Source of the DNA: Treponemataceae bacterium | Lineage (GTDB): Bacteria; Spirochaetota; Spirochaetia; Treponematales; Rectinemataceae | Direction: 5' to 3' | DNA length: 64,000 nucleotides | Assembly: GCA_963678065.2 (NCBI GenBank) | Contig: CAXXVZ010000005.1 | Coordinates: 32,001 to 96,000, forward strand | Shown: one piece after another, positions 9,735 through 20,116 of the stretch | Layout of the letters: each line of letters opens with the position of its first letter | Position numbering within the stretch: position 1 is the first letter of the stretch | The notes under the pieces: model-generated | What the model saw: only the letters and a program-made list of their open reading frames with translations | What the model was told of the DNA's origin: nothing | The model's database searches: none | Position numbers and translations under genes: made by a program

Positions 9735-10420
9735 CAGTCGGCCTCCATGACCTGGTTGAATCGCACAATGGTGAAAAGGCGGGCGGGATTCTCCGGCTCG
9801 CCGGGAAAGGAAGTCAGCGCGGCGGCGACCGGTTCTGGTGACGCTGGTGGCGACAGGGGTCGCGACTCCTGCCGAAGTTCCAGTTCGAGGATGCCGCAGG
9901 TGTCCTGCGCGAAGCGGAAACGGTCCCAGGGCGGCAGGCCGAGAAGGTGGCACATGAGGATGCGGATGAAGCCGTCGTGGGTGAAGCAGGCCGCATCGAG
10001 TCCTTCTTCCGCCCGCTCAGCCAGGAAGGGCGCGATGCGCCCGACGACATCCGAGCCGCTCTCTCCGCCGGGATAGCGGAAGTCGGTCTTCTTCGCAAGG
10101 TACTCCGCCATGAAGTCGGGGTACGCGGCCGCGAAGGCCGCGTCGTCGAGCTTGTCCCGCACGCCGACATCGATCTCGTCGAGGCGTGGATCGACGATGG
10201 GCGCGAGAGAGCGCTCCGAGGCCAGGGGCGAGGCGGTCTCGGAAGTGCGGCCGTAGCGGCTCGCGAAAATGCGCTCCACGGGGCGCCTTGCGAAATACCG
10301 CAGGAGGGCCCGGGCCTCGGCCCTGCCCCGCTCGCTCAGGATGTTGTCCTGATGTCCGATCCTCTCGCTGTAGAAGTCGCCCGGTTCTTTGTCGCCATGG
10401 CGGATGAAGTAGAGTCTCAC
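9734..10420 (-). CDS. Histidine phosphatase (phosphoglycerate mutase-like) family protein
   Basis: LYFIRHG, LSERG, LDEIDVG, GGES, THDG motifs. Confidence 0.88.
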   Translation of the reverse strand: MRLYFIRHGDKEPGDFYSERIGHQDNILSERGRAEARALLRYFARRPVERIFASRYGRTSETASPLASERSLAPIVDPRLDEIDVGVRDKLDDAAFAAAYPDFMAEYLAKKTDFRYPGGESGSDVVGRIAPFLAERAEEGLDAACFTHDGFIRILMCHLLGLPPWDRFRFAQDTCGILELELRQESRPLSPPASPEPVAAALTSFPGEPENPARLFTIVRFNQVMEAD

Positions 10421-11394
10421 CGCCTCACCTGACTTTCCGGCGAAGAACAGTCACGCAGCACCGATCCGTCGAGCGCCCCGCGGAGGACTATGCGCGCTTG
10501 GCCGGACAGAAGGATTCGGTCGCCCGCGCACTCGAGACCGATCTGTCCGCCTCGCGGCGACAGCTGGCGCGCCTTCAGCACAGTCTTGCCGAGCCTCGCG
10601 CCCCACCAGGGACCGAGGAGGGTGTGCACGGAGCCGGTGACGCTGTCTTCGTCGACGCCGAACCAGGGATTGAAGTAGCGCGATTCGAAATCGAAGCCAT
10701 CCCTGCCCGGCGCGGAGACGCCTACGCCGTAGCGGATGCGCTGATCGCTCAGGGCGAGGAGCGCGCGAAAATCGGGGGCGAGGGATTCGACCCGCACGGG
10801 ATCGTCGACGATGAAGACAGTCTTCTTCGTCGATCTGCCGTAGAGGACGGAATCGCAGGCGCCAAGGCCGAGCGCCTTCGCGCAGGCCGGATCCAGATCG
10901 ATCTCGTCCCAGGTGTCGGCGGGGAAATCCATGCGGAATCCCGCCCCGGTCCCCTCGATCCCGGCTCGCGAGACGGCGAGCGTCCCCGATGCCGAATCGA
11001 AAAATATCGTCTCTCCGGCGCCGGCCGCGCCAGATCCGCCTCCAGCTCCCTTTGCCAGCTCGAAGAGCACCGCCGCGGACGCGAGAGTCGCGTGCCCGCA
11101 CAGAGCCACTTCGCGAAGGGGCGTAAACCAGCGCAGTGAGGGTGAGGGTGAGGGCGAGGGCGAGGGCGAGGGCGATGGAACATGAGTCGGCCGACCGCCC
11201 CCTTCGTCTCCTCGCGACGGACCGCCCGGGGACGGGGGCAGGAGGACGAAGGCGCTCTCCGCACAGTTGGTTTCGGCGGCCAATCTCTGCATGACGGAGA
11301 CGGGGAAATCCGCATCGACGATGAAGACTGCAGCCTGGTTGCCCCGGAAGGCCCGGTCGGTGAAAGCGTCCACGAGAAAGTAGCGGCATTCCAT
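10417..11394 (-). CDS. PhzF family isomerase/epimerase
   Basis: VDAFTDRAFRGNQAAV, RWFTPLREVALCGHATL, EDSVTGS. Confidence 0.9.
   Translation of the reverse strand: MECRYFLVDAFTDRAFRGNQAAVFIVDADFPVSVMQRLAAETNCAESAFVLLPPSPGGPSRGDEGGGRPTHVPSPSPSPSPSPSPSLRWFTPLREVALCGHATLASAAVLFELAKGAGGGSGAAGAGETIFFDSASGTLAVSRAGIEGTGAGFRMDFPADTWDEIDLDPACAKALGLGACDSVLYGRSTKKTVFIVDDPVRVESLAPDFRALLALSDQRIRYGVGVSAPGRDGFDFESRYFNPWFGVDEDSVTGSVHTLLGPWWGARLGKTVLKARQLSPRGGQIGLECAGDRILLSGQARIVLRGALDGSVLRDCSSPESQVRR
11137..11175. repeat. Hexamer microsatellite (GAGGGT/GAGGGC)n encoding a Pro-Ser run in the PhzF gene
   Basis: gtgagggtgagggtgagggcgagggcgagggcgagggcg. Confidence 0.85.
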
Positions 11395-11538
11395 GGGAGC
11401 ATTGTAGCGCAAGGCGGGCCTGGGACTCAAGGAAACAAAGACATGCGCAATCCAAACTCCCCTCAAGGACGCTTGCGGGCTATGAAACCCAAGCTCCGAT
11501 CATGGCAAAAAACGGGAATCGGGTTTAGACTGAGATAT

Positions 11539-12972
11539 ATGGATGCCGTCACGGATTCCAGCATAGCCCGGGACTTCGACACGCTTTTCTCCACGCCCCT
11601 CGTCATGAAGACACTCGCCCGCAACGGAGTCTTCGCGATCGACTACCGGAACAACAGGGCCTTCGCAAACGAACTCTGGCTCTCGTGGGGCTACACAGTC
11701 GAAGACATGCTCACCGGCACTATCCTCGACATAGTCCATCCCGAGGACAGAGAAACCATCGCTTCGCACTATCACAGACTGCTTTCGGGCGAAGAGGACT
11801 TCTACTCGGGAGAATACCGCATCAGGACAAAACCGGGCAGGACGGTCTGGGTCTCCGTGAGCTACGAGGTGCTCGAGCGCGAGGAGGATGGCAAGCCTGT
11901 CTTCTTTCTCGGACACGACGAGGACGTGACGGCTCTGCACGAGGCGCAGGACGAGATCAGGACGCGCCTTTTGGAAATAGAGACCCTCAAGGATCTCATC
12001 GAGGGCATCCACCAGAGTCTCGACCTCGCGAAGACCATCGACCTCGTCATGAACCACCTCCAGAAAGTCATCCGCTTCGACAGAGCCTCGGTTCAGCTCG
12101 TCGAAGGCGACTGTCTCCACGTGATCGGGACCTACGGGTTCAGGGACAGGATGCTGCCGGATCTGCGATTCCCGATCAAGGGAATGTCCAATCCCCCGGC
12201 CAGGGCTCTCGAAACGAAAAAAACCGTCATCTGCAACAATCTCGGGCGCGATTTTCCGGATTTCGTCCAGGTCGACCCCGAGGCCACGATCCGGTCATGG
12301 CTCGGCATACCGCTCGTCGTGAACGAGGTGGCGGAAGGACTGCTCGCCATAGACAGTTTCCAGCCGGGATACTACACGGAGCAGCACGTCATCCTCGCGA
12401 ACACGGTGGCGAGACAGATCGCGATGGCGCTGGAGCACGCACGCGCGCATCGCCACGTTTCGATCAAGGCCGAGACCGACAAGCTCACCGGAATCGCCAA
12501 CCGCTACGGGCTCGACGGACAGGGCCAGGCCCTGTTCAGGGTCGCGCTGCAGGAAAGGACGCCGCTCGGCCTGCTCCTCGTCGACATCGACAGGTTCAAG
12601 GTGACGAACGACAGGCACGGCCACGAACATGGGGACAAGGTTCTCGGGGCGGTAAGCGCCGTCGTCGCCGGGAATCTCCGCGGAGACGATTTCCCTGTCC
12701 GCTACGGCGGAGACGAGTTCGTCATCCTTTTGCCGGGAGCGAATATCCAGGAAGCCTTCTCGATAGCGGAGCGGATCAGGCTCAGGATCGCCTACTCGGC
12801 GCCGGACGAAAAGGGAGTGGCCCCGACAGTGAGCATCGGCGTTCACAGCGGCATCCCCTCGGAGAAAGACGAACTCCACGAGTACATCGCCTGCGCCGAC
12901 AGGGCCATGTACGAGGCAAAGAAGATGGGCCGCAACCGCTCCTGTATCTCGGCCGAATCATTGAAGGCATGA
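11539..12972 (+). CDS. PAS-GAF-GGDEF diguanylate cyclase
   Basis: VHPEDRE/EYRIR PAS-PAC, SWLGIPL GAF, DIDRFK..ND..GH..GD and RYGGDEF with RxxD I-site (RGDD); start approximate. Confidence 0.9.
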   Translation: MDAVTDSSIARDFDTLFSTPLVMKTLARNGVFAIDYRNNRAFANELWLSWGYTVEDMLTGTILDIVHPEDRETIASHYHRLLSGEEDFYSGEYRIRTKPGRTVWVSVSYEVLEREEDGKPVFFLGHDEDVTALHEAQDEIRTRLLEIETLKDLIEGIHQSLDLAKTIDLVMNHLQKVIRFDRASVQLVEGDCLHVIGTYGFRDRMLPDLRFPIKGMSNPPARALETKKTVICNNLGRDFPDFVQVDPEATIRSWLGIPLVVNEVAEGLLAIDSFQPGYYTEQHVILANTVARQIAMALEHARAHRHVSIKAETDKLTGIANRYGLDGQGQALFRVALQERTPLGLLLVDIDRFKVTNDRHGHEHGDKVLGAVSAVVAGNLRGDDFPVRYGGDEFVILLPGANIQEAFSIAERIRLRIAYSAPDEKGVAPTVSIGVHSGIPSEKDELHEYIACADRAMYEAKKMGRNRSCISAESLKA

Positions 12973-13011
12973 TCCCGACCGGAGGACACAAGAAGGTCGA
13001 CACTTCCTATC

Positions 13012-13644
13012 TCAGCCCTCCTGAGTCTGCCCCGGCCTTCTTCCTGTTCCTGTCCCCCTGCCCGATCCGGAAATGACAGTCTGGATGAAGATGAAGAGGA
13101 AAATCAGCACGCCGATGAAAATCTTCGTCCACCAGGAGCTGAGAGTGCCCTGGAAATTGATGATGGTCTGGATCACTCCGAGAATCAGCGTTCCGAAGAC
13201 ACTTCCGAAAATGTACCCGACTCCGTCCGTGAGCAGAGTGCCGCCTATGACGGCCGCGGCAATGGCGTCGAGGTGGGTGTCCTTGCAGTGGAGCGCGTAA
13301 CCGGACTGCATGTAGAACGTAAAGACGACGCCTGCGATCGCGGAGCAGAGCCCCGAAATCGTATAGACAAGGATTTTCGCCTTCGCGACAGGAAGTCCCA
13401 TGAGAAGGGCCGACTGTTCGCTGCCGCCGATGGCGTAGATTGTCCGGCCGAAACGGGTATAGTGCGCGAGATAAATTCCCGCCGCGATGCCGAGGAAGGC
13501 GTTGTCGATGAAGAGATTAAAAAACACCTGGGAGGAAAAAAACGCCGGATAGAGGATCGATCCGATCGCGTACATGAAGAGAAACAGGCCGATCGTGATG
13601 CTCAGGGGAAGGTATTTTCCGTCAAAGGCCTTTTTCTCTTTCAT
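13012..13644 (-). pseudogene. Sugar ABC permease YjfF-like, internally deleted
   Basis: IDNAFLGI joins directly to AAGIYLAHYTRFGRTIYAIGG; only 210 aa, with several TM segments missing relative to a typical ~320-330 aa permease. Confidence 0.8.
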
Positions 13645-14494
13645 GATGCCATCCTCCTCGACGCGAACAGCCGCGCCACGCTTGCCCTGAACCTTTCGGA
13701 CTGCAGGAGGCTCACGATGAAAACGACAATCGATTTGATGAGCAGGTTGACCTGGGGCGGAACGCCGATGGCGTATATCGTGGTCGTGCGTGTCTGGATT
13801 ATCAGGGCTCCGATAATAGATCCGGAAAGGAAAAACTTTCCGCCGTTCAGCGAAGTTCCGCCGAGAACGACGGCGAGAATCGCGTCGAATTGATCCCCGC
13901 GTACCTGCTCGCCGTCGGATTCGCGCCGACTGATTCGATGTAGAGACCGAGGGCTGTCTTCCTGGTCACGAAAGCGGTGAGCGCCACGAGAATCGCCGCG
14001 ATATACAGCGAAAACGGAAGGCCGAAAATGTAGCCGGAGTTTCCCATGAAAAAATACGGCTTGTAATAGATCGTGATTATCTGCCCGTTCGTCACGAGCT
14101 GCGCGATGCCGCGGCCGGCCACCATCAGTATGATGGTCGCGACGATGGGCTGGATGTTGAGCCTCGCCACGAGAAATCCGTTCCACAGACCGAGAATTGC
14201 CGCGGCGGCCAAGGCGCCGGCGATAGCTCCCGATATTGCGACAACCGAACCGACTAAAATGTCGATGCCCTTGGTCGCGATGACGAGGGTCAGCCCGAGG
14301 GCTATTATCATGATGTAGGTCGAGCGGTTGCGTATGTCGACGATGATTCCGGAGAGGCGCCCGTTCTTCACTTCGAAATGAAGGAAATTGTTGGTGAACG
14401 CGACATTGAGGAGAAACAGGAGCAAGAGCGTGACGACGGGCCAGAACAGGCGGGTTTTCGCGACCCCGCCGGCGAAACCGTTTTTCTCAGCCAT
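13641..14494 (-). pseudogene. Sugar ABC permease YtfT-like, deleted/frameshifted
   Basis: TLVIATKGIDI.VG, QPIVAT..LMVAGRGIAQL in one frame; DAILAVVLGGTSLNGG in another frame after a junction near 13890. Confidence 0.8.
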
Positions 14495-15923
14495 GTGCCT
14501 TTGCCCCTTTGCCCGTGTCGCCGTGGGCTATCGCGTAGAGTATTTTCTTCTCGTCGATGTCGTCGCCTTCAAGTTCGCCGATCTTTTTTTGTCGCGGAGG
14601 ATGGCGACCCTGGACGAGGAGGCGATGATCTCATCGAGTTCCGAAGAGATGAAAAGAATGGACATGCCGCCGGAGCTGAGTTTCCGGATGAGAGATTTTA
14701 TTTCGCCCTTCGCGCCGACATCGATGCCGCGGGTTGGCTCATCAAGAATCAGAAATTTCGGCCCGGTGGCGAGCCGGCGGGCGAGAATGGCTTTCTGCTG
14801 GTTGCCCCCTGATAGTGTCCTGATGGGCCGCGAAGTGTCGTCCACTTTTATGTCGAGAAGCCGCACATACCGGTCGGCAATCTCTTCCTGTTTTTTCCGG
14901 CTCAAACTACGGAAGATGCCGTTGCGGGCCTGGAGCGCGAGGATGATGTTTTCCCTCACCGAGAGGTCCTCGATTATTCCTTCGGCCTTACAGTCCTCGG
15001 GACAAGCCCATGCCCGCCGCGACGGCGTCGATCGAAGGGGCTCATGTAGCCCTTACGCCCGAGCCCGCGGACGGAGAGCACTTCGGGATTTTCCCGCGCC
15101 GCGCCGGAGCGCTCCTGCCGGTCGGAGGGCGGTTTATCGCTCACATATTCCCTGCCTATCATCCGCGAAATGAACGAACCCCGGAGCAGAGCTCCGAGGT
15201 ATCGTTCGTTCTGTAAGGAATGGATTGTATGCGGGTCCATACCCGATAGGCGCCTCACAAGAAAAGCGAAGCAGAGCTTCGGGGTATGGACCCGCCTGCG
15301 AATCAACTCCAGTTTCGGCAGATCGCGCGCGTCCCAGTCTCCGACGCGCTCGCCGTTTTTGAGCACGGTGATCCGGTCGGAAATCGCGTACACCTGGTCG
15401 ATGAAGTGCGTGATGAAAAGTATGCCGAGGCCCTGCGCCTTCAGCTTCCTGATGACGCCGAATAACTGTTCCGATTCCTTTTCGTCAAGACTCGATGTCG
15501 GCTCGTCGAGAATGAGAATCTCCGATTCGATATCGAGAGCGCGTCCGATGGCGACCATCTGCTGGACCGCGATGGGGTAGGACGACAGAAGGCGGGTCAC
15601 ATCGATCTTTAATCCGAGCTTCTCGCCGAGGACCCGCTTTGCCTCCTCATTGACGCGCTTCCAGTCGATCCCGAGGCCCCGCCTCGGCTCCCTCCCGATC
15701 AGCACGTTTTCCGCGACAGTGAGGTTGGGGCAGAGATTCACTTCCTGGTATTCTGGCCCATCAATGCGTGGACCTCTCCCCGGAACATGCGGAAATCCAC
15801 CCCCGACAGGGCTTTCACTCCGGGGAAACTGATGGTTATGTTCGCCATCTCGAGCACAGGAGGTACGGTGCCGGAAAAATCCGCGTCGGGAAGCTTCGCG
15901 TCGGGCATGGGCTTTCTCCTCAT
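14487..15923 (-). pseudogene. Sugar ABC ATP-binding protein YtfR/RbsA-like, fragmented
   Basis: [19 protein letters not shown] (Walker A lost), YQEVNL, ILDEPTSSL, LSGGNQQK, DEPTRGIDVGAK spread over three frames; contains a 132-bp insertion. Confidence 0.85.
15172..15303. mobile_element. Small non-autonomous hairpin element (MITE-like, possibly IS200/IS605-derived) inserted in the ABC ATPase pseudogene
   Basis: 44 foreign codons between ...KLELI and SRMIGRE; two related hairpins CGGAGCAGAGCTCCG and CGAAGCAGAGCTTCG plus a 14-bp perfect inverted repeat GCGGGTCCATACCC/GGGTATGGACCCGC. Confidence 0.65.
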
Positions 15924-15983
15924 GAATCGACGGACGGCGCGGAAACCGCGCCGTCCGTCCTCGTCCGTGAAAGAGCTGCGCGA

Positions 15984-16560
15984 TCAGTATTTTCTGGTCG
16001 GATAGATCAGGGAAGCGAGTTCGGCGGGATAGAGGAACTCGTTGGTGACGATGCGCTTGACGAGGGGCTTCTTGGCCACGAGGTCTTTCACCGCCGCCAT
16101 GAGCTGCGGTCCGAGGAGCGGGGAGCACTCCACGCTGCAGTTGAGCTTGCCGGCCATCATGGCCTCGAAGGCGCCCTTCACCGCGTCGATGGACACGATG
16201 ACGATGTCCTTTCCCGGTTTGAGCCCGAATCCCTCGATAGCCTGGATGGCGCCGATGGCCATGTCGTCGTTGTGCGCAAAGAGTACGTCGATGTTCTTGC
16301 CGTCGGCCTTAAGGAAGGCCTCCATGACTTCCTTGCCCTTCACGCGGGTGAAGTCTCCGGTCTGGGAGCGGATGATTTTGTAACTCGGGAACTGTGTCAG
16401 CATCGAGGCGAAGCCGGTCTGGCGATCGATGGCCGGAGCCGAGCCGACTGTGCCCTGGAGCTCGACAATGTTCACCGGCTGGTTGGTGTGCATGTAGCCG
16501 ATCAGCCAGGTGGCGGCGCGCTCGCCTTCTTTCACGAAGTCGGAACCCATGAATGCGACT
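15984..16560 (-). pseudogene. Sugar ABC substrate-binding protein YtfQ-like, C-terminal half only
   Basis: FMGSDFVKEG, ELQGTVGS.PAIDR, HNDDMAIGAIQA, VECSPLLGP; no N-terminal half or signal peptide. Confidence 0.8.
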
Positions 16561-16784
16561 CCATTTCGAGGACGTGGAATTCGATATTGAGACTCACCTG
16601 ACCTATCATCCGGATAGTGTGGTCGGTGGTCTCGCGCTCGATCGAACGCGCATACATCGCGGGACCGATGACGCCGAGCGTGATCAGCGGCAAAAAAAAC
16701 CAGGAGCAGAGAATAGAACATCAGCTTGAGCCTGATGCTGAGGGATGATCTCGGACGACCGGACGACCTTGTTTTTTCGGCCAT
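16561..16784 (-). pseudogene. N-terminal remnant of a YesM-like sensor histidine kinase
   Basis: SIRLKLMFYSLLLVF, then after a frameshift in a poly-T run LPLITLGVIG..YARSIERETTDHT..MIGQVSLNIE; truncated and abutting the SBP remnant. Confidence 0.6.
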
Positions 16785-16871
16785 CAGTCGCCGCCTTCGC
16801 GCCTCGTGCCGAAGCGGGTGAACATCCCGAGCCGCGTTTCCGGGCAGAACAGAGGCTTCACCGGGTCGCCT

Positions 16872-18515
16872 TCAGAGCCTCAGCCCCGAGGCCTTTTCAA
16901 AGGCCTCGCGCAACCGGACCAGATAAGCTCCGGGCGAGCGAAGAGCGCGCACGGCAGCCTCCTCGGGATACGCCGTGATTCCGGGCCGGGCTGCCGCGGT
17001 GCGCGCAGACCGCGCGACCTCTTCGCGCAGTGATTCGGGAACAAGGGCGCAGGCGGCGGCTACGGCGGCTCCGGCGGCGGCTCCAGCCTCTCCGATCGGG
17101 GTCGCGGGGACGCCCCAGAAATTTGCGATGCGCCCGACAAGACCCCTGCTTGCCGCAGCGCCGCCGGTGACTGCTATCGACGAAACATCGCCTGCGAAGG
17201 CGCGCGAGGCGAGGACCATGAGCCCGAGACTCGAGTCGACGGCTCCCGCATAATCGGCGTTGAAATCGCCGCTGGCCCCGATATCGATGACTCCCGATGC
17301 CGGAAAGCTCTCGGTCTCCGGCTGGAAAATGCGGATTTTGGAGCCAGGCCCGCCGCCCGCCGGCTCGCAGGCCAGCGCTCTCTCCGCCGCCGCAAAATCG
17401 TCGGCGGCGAAGCCGCCTGCCACCCGCAACGCCTCCCAGGCGAGAGATCCATTGGTTCTGCAGCCGAACATGAACGGGCGTCCGAGTCCGTCGTACATGG
17501 CGTTGGCCGCAGGCTGGGGACTGTGCCCCTCCGTCATGAGGACGAAGCTCGTGCCGAGCGAGATGAGGGCTCCTTCCGCGAGGACCTTGCTCTGGGGATT
17601 GTCGCCCGAGCCCGCGACGATGGCGCATCCCTCCGGAAAGCCGTAGCGCTCGCGGAAATACGCCGCTGCCCGGCCGACGATCGCGAGGGGATGGGCGAGC
17701 GGAGGCAGCTTCGCGAGGAGGCCGGCGCGCCCGCCTTCCAGGCCTTCACTGACCGCGTCGACGAGGGCGGCATCCCAGACCCGCTTCTTCCAGTTCATGA
17801 GGCTCATGCCCGAGCCGTTGCCCCAGTCTATGGGCGCGTCGGGATCGGCGGCCATGACGCCCGCGAGGAAAGATGAGATGAGGTGGGCTCTGGCCGTCAG
17901 CCTGTATGTACCGGGGTAGCGCTTCGCGATGTGGCGGAGGACTGTGCCCGAAAAACGCAAGGGCGAATCGGAGCCCGAGACGGCCGTGACAGCTTCGACG
18001 CCGCCGAGGGCCGCGCGGATCTCCTCCGCCTCCACGGCTGTCTGCGAACTCATCCAGATGGGGGCTCTGCCGGAGGCGAGTCCGGGTCCGACGAGGCCGC
18101 AGAGATCGCGCCCGGAAGAACCGCCGGTTCTGGTTCCGGCTCCGGCCATTGTTCCCGCGCCGGATTCGCCGAGAGCCCTGATCGCCCTCACTCCCTCAGC
18201 GGAGACGAGAATCTGTCCGTGCTGCTGGGCCGAGAAGTTGACTGCGGCGACGCGGGAGAGGATGCCGGGCCCGAGATCCGCGAAGAGAAGGTCGAGGGCC
18301 GCGAGAAAGACGCAGGCTGGCTGGTCGGCCTCTCCCGGCTCGCGGGGAGAGAGGATGGGGCTCGGGCCGCCGAGGCCGAAGCGCCCGAGGCGCGGATCGT
18401 CCCTGTACCGGATGCGGGCGCTCCCCGCGTTCGAGTAATCCTCCGTCGAGAGCGCGACTGCGGTCATGCTCTGGGTGCTCGCGTCGATGCCCAGCACCAG
18501 ATCCGGTTTCTCCAT
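16872..18515 (-). CDS. xylB: Xylulokinase (FGGY family)
   Basis: LGIDASTQS, SAQQHG, GSGDNP, SLGTS, VTGGAA; immediately downstream of xylA. Confidence 0.8.
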   Translation of the reverse strand: MEKPDLVLGIDASTQSMTAVALSTEDYSNAGSARIRYRDDPRLGRFGLGGPSPILSPREPGEADQPACVFLAALDLLFADLGPGILSRVAAVNFSAQQHGQILVSAEGVRAIRALGESGAGTMAGAGTRTGGSSGRDLCGLVGPGLASGRAPIWMSSQTAVEAEEIRAALGGVEAVTAVSGSDSPLRFSGTVLRHIAKRYPGTYRLTARAHLISSFLAGVMAADPDAPIDWGNGSGMSLMNWKKRVWDAALVDAVSEGLEGGRAGLLAKLPPLAHPLAIVGRAAAYFRERYGFPEGCAIVAGSGDNPQSKVLAEGALISLGTSFVLMTEGHSPQPAANAMYDGLGRPFMFGCRTNGSLAWEALRVAGGFAADDFAAAERALACEPAGGGPGSKIRIFQPETESFPASGVIDIGASGDFNADYAGAVDSSLGLMVLASRAFAGDVSSIAVTGGAAASRGLVGRIANFWGVPATPIGEAGAAAGAAVAAACALVPESLREEVARSARTAAARPGITAYPEEAAVRALRSPGAYLVRLREAFEKASGLRL

Positions 18516-18656
18516 CCTGTCCTCCACGGTCAATTCATGAAATGTGCCGCCGCGACAGTCCATGTCCCGGAGAACCGGGAAGGTTCGCGGCGGCGGCATG
18601 CGTACCGGGCATTCGCCTTCCGGGGTCCGACATTGCCGGGCCCCAGGATCTTTCGA

Positions 18657-19967
18657 TCAGATATACTCGTTGATGAGGGCTTCGAGCCACTCCTGGCGTC
18701 CCGAAGCGAGGGTGATTTCGCCTGAGTCGAGCGCCAGCGCCTCGAGACTGCGGAAGCTTTCCTTCCCGGCGATGATAGAGGCGCCGAGCCCCGTCTTCCA
18801 GGATGCGTAGCGGCCGGAGAGGAAGGCGGCGAGTTTGCCGTCCTCGATGATTCTCGAGGCAGTCTCGAGCCCGCGGGCGAAGCTGTCCATGCCCGCGACG
18901 TGCACAACCGCGAGGTCTTCGGGAGTGTGGCTGCCGCGGCGCGCCTTCGCGTCGAAGTTGAGTCCGCCCGATCCGAGTCCGCCGTTCATGAGAATCTCGT
19001 ACATGATGAGAGTCGTCGTGTAGAGGTTCGTGGGGAACTGATCGGTGTCCCAGCCGAGGAGCTCGTCGCCCTGGTTCGCGTCGACGGAGCCGAGGATGCC
19101 CTGCTCGCGGGCGAAGCGCAGCTCGTGCTGCATGGTGTGACCGGCGAGGGTGGCGTGGTTCGTCTCTATGTTGAGCTTGAATTTGTCGAGTAAGCCCTGC
19201 GAGGCGAGGAAGGCGTAGCATGCGCCGGCATCCGAGTCGTACTGGTGCTTTGTGGGCTCCTTGGGCTTGGGCTCGATGAGGAACTGGCCGGTGAAACCGA
19301 TCTCTTTCGCGTAGTCGACGGCCATGTGCATGAAGCGGCCCATGTTGTCCAGCTCGAACTTCATCTCGGTGTTGAGCAGGGTCTCGTAGCCCTCGCGTCC
19401 GCCCCAGAAGACGTAGTTCTTTCCGCCGAGTTCCATCGTGATCTCGAGGGCCTTCTTGACCTGGGCCGCGGCGTACGCGAAGACTTTCGCCTCGGGGCTG
19501 GTGGAGGCGCCGTGCATGAATCGGGGGTTGGCGAAGAGGTTGGCCGTGCCCCAGAGGACGCGGGTCGGGCTCGTCGCCATGAGGTCTTTCGCCAGGGCGA
19601 CGATCTCGTCGAGCTTTTTATTGGTCTCGCGGAGGGTGTCGCCCTCGGGGGCGATGTCGCGGTCGTGGAAGCACATGAAAGGAATGCCGAGCTTCTCGGT
19701 CAGCTCGAAGGCGCCGCGCATGCGCATGCGGGCGACTTCCATCGGATCGGCGACGCCGTTCCAGGGACGCAACATCGTGGCGTTCCCGAAGGGATCGGAG
19801 CCGGAGCCTGTCATGGAGTGCCAGAACGCGAGGGAGAAACGCAGGTGTTCGGCCATGGTCTTGCCGCCGATCTTCCTCTTCGCATCGTAGCGTTTGAAGG
19901 CGAGCGGATTATCGGAACCCGGTCCCTCGTAGGGAATCACCGGAACGGTCGGAAAAAGCTGTGACAT
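18657..19967 (-). CDS. xylA: Xylose isomerase (class II)
   Basis: [51 protein letters not shown]. Confidence 0.97.
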   Translation of the reverse strand: MSQLFPTVPVIPYEGPGSDNPLAFKRYDAKRKIGGKTMAEHLRFSLAFWHSMTGSGSDPFGNATMLRPWNGVADPMEVARMRMRGAFELTEKLGIPFMCFHDRDIAPEGDTLRETNKKLDEIVALAKDLMATSPTRVLWGTANLFANPRFMHGASTSPEAKVFAYAAAQVKKALEITMELGGKNYVFWGGREGYETLLNTEMKFELDNMGRFMHMAVDYAKEIGFTGQFLIEPKPKEPTKHQYDSDAGACYAFLASQGLLDKFKLNIETNHATLAGHTMQHELRFAREQGILGSVDANQGDELLGWDTDQFPTNLYTTTLIMYEILMNGGLGSGGLNFDAKARRGSHTPEDLAVVHVAGMDSFARGLETASRIIEDGKLAAFLSGRYASWKTGLGASIIAGKESFRSLEALALDSGEITLASGRQEWLEALINEYI

Positions 19968-20116
19968 AAAGACCTCCTGTCAGTCTGAAGGCGAGGTCGG
20001 GAAAACCCATGAAACGAATCCTGTCCGCCTTGCCGAGTTTAATTATAACCGCATGGTCGGAACTTGGAATGGCGCGCTTTGACTTTCTATATCTTTTATT
20101 GATATCATCCTTCGTC

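Noticed and set aside
15984..16784. 266-aa ORF as a novel membrane-anchored binding-protein fusion
   Set aside because: It is a chance in-frame join of a frameshifted sensor-kinase remnant and the C-terminal half of a binding protein across a deletion.
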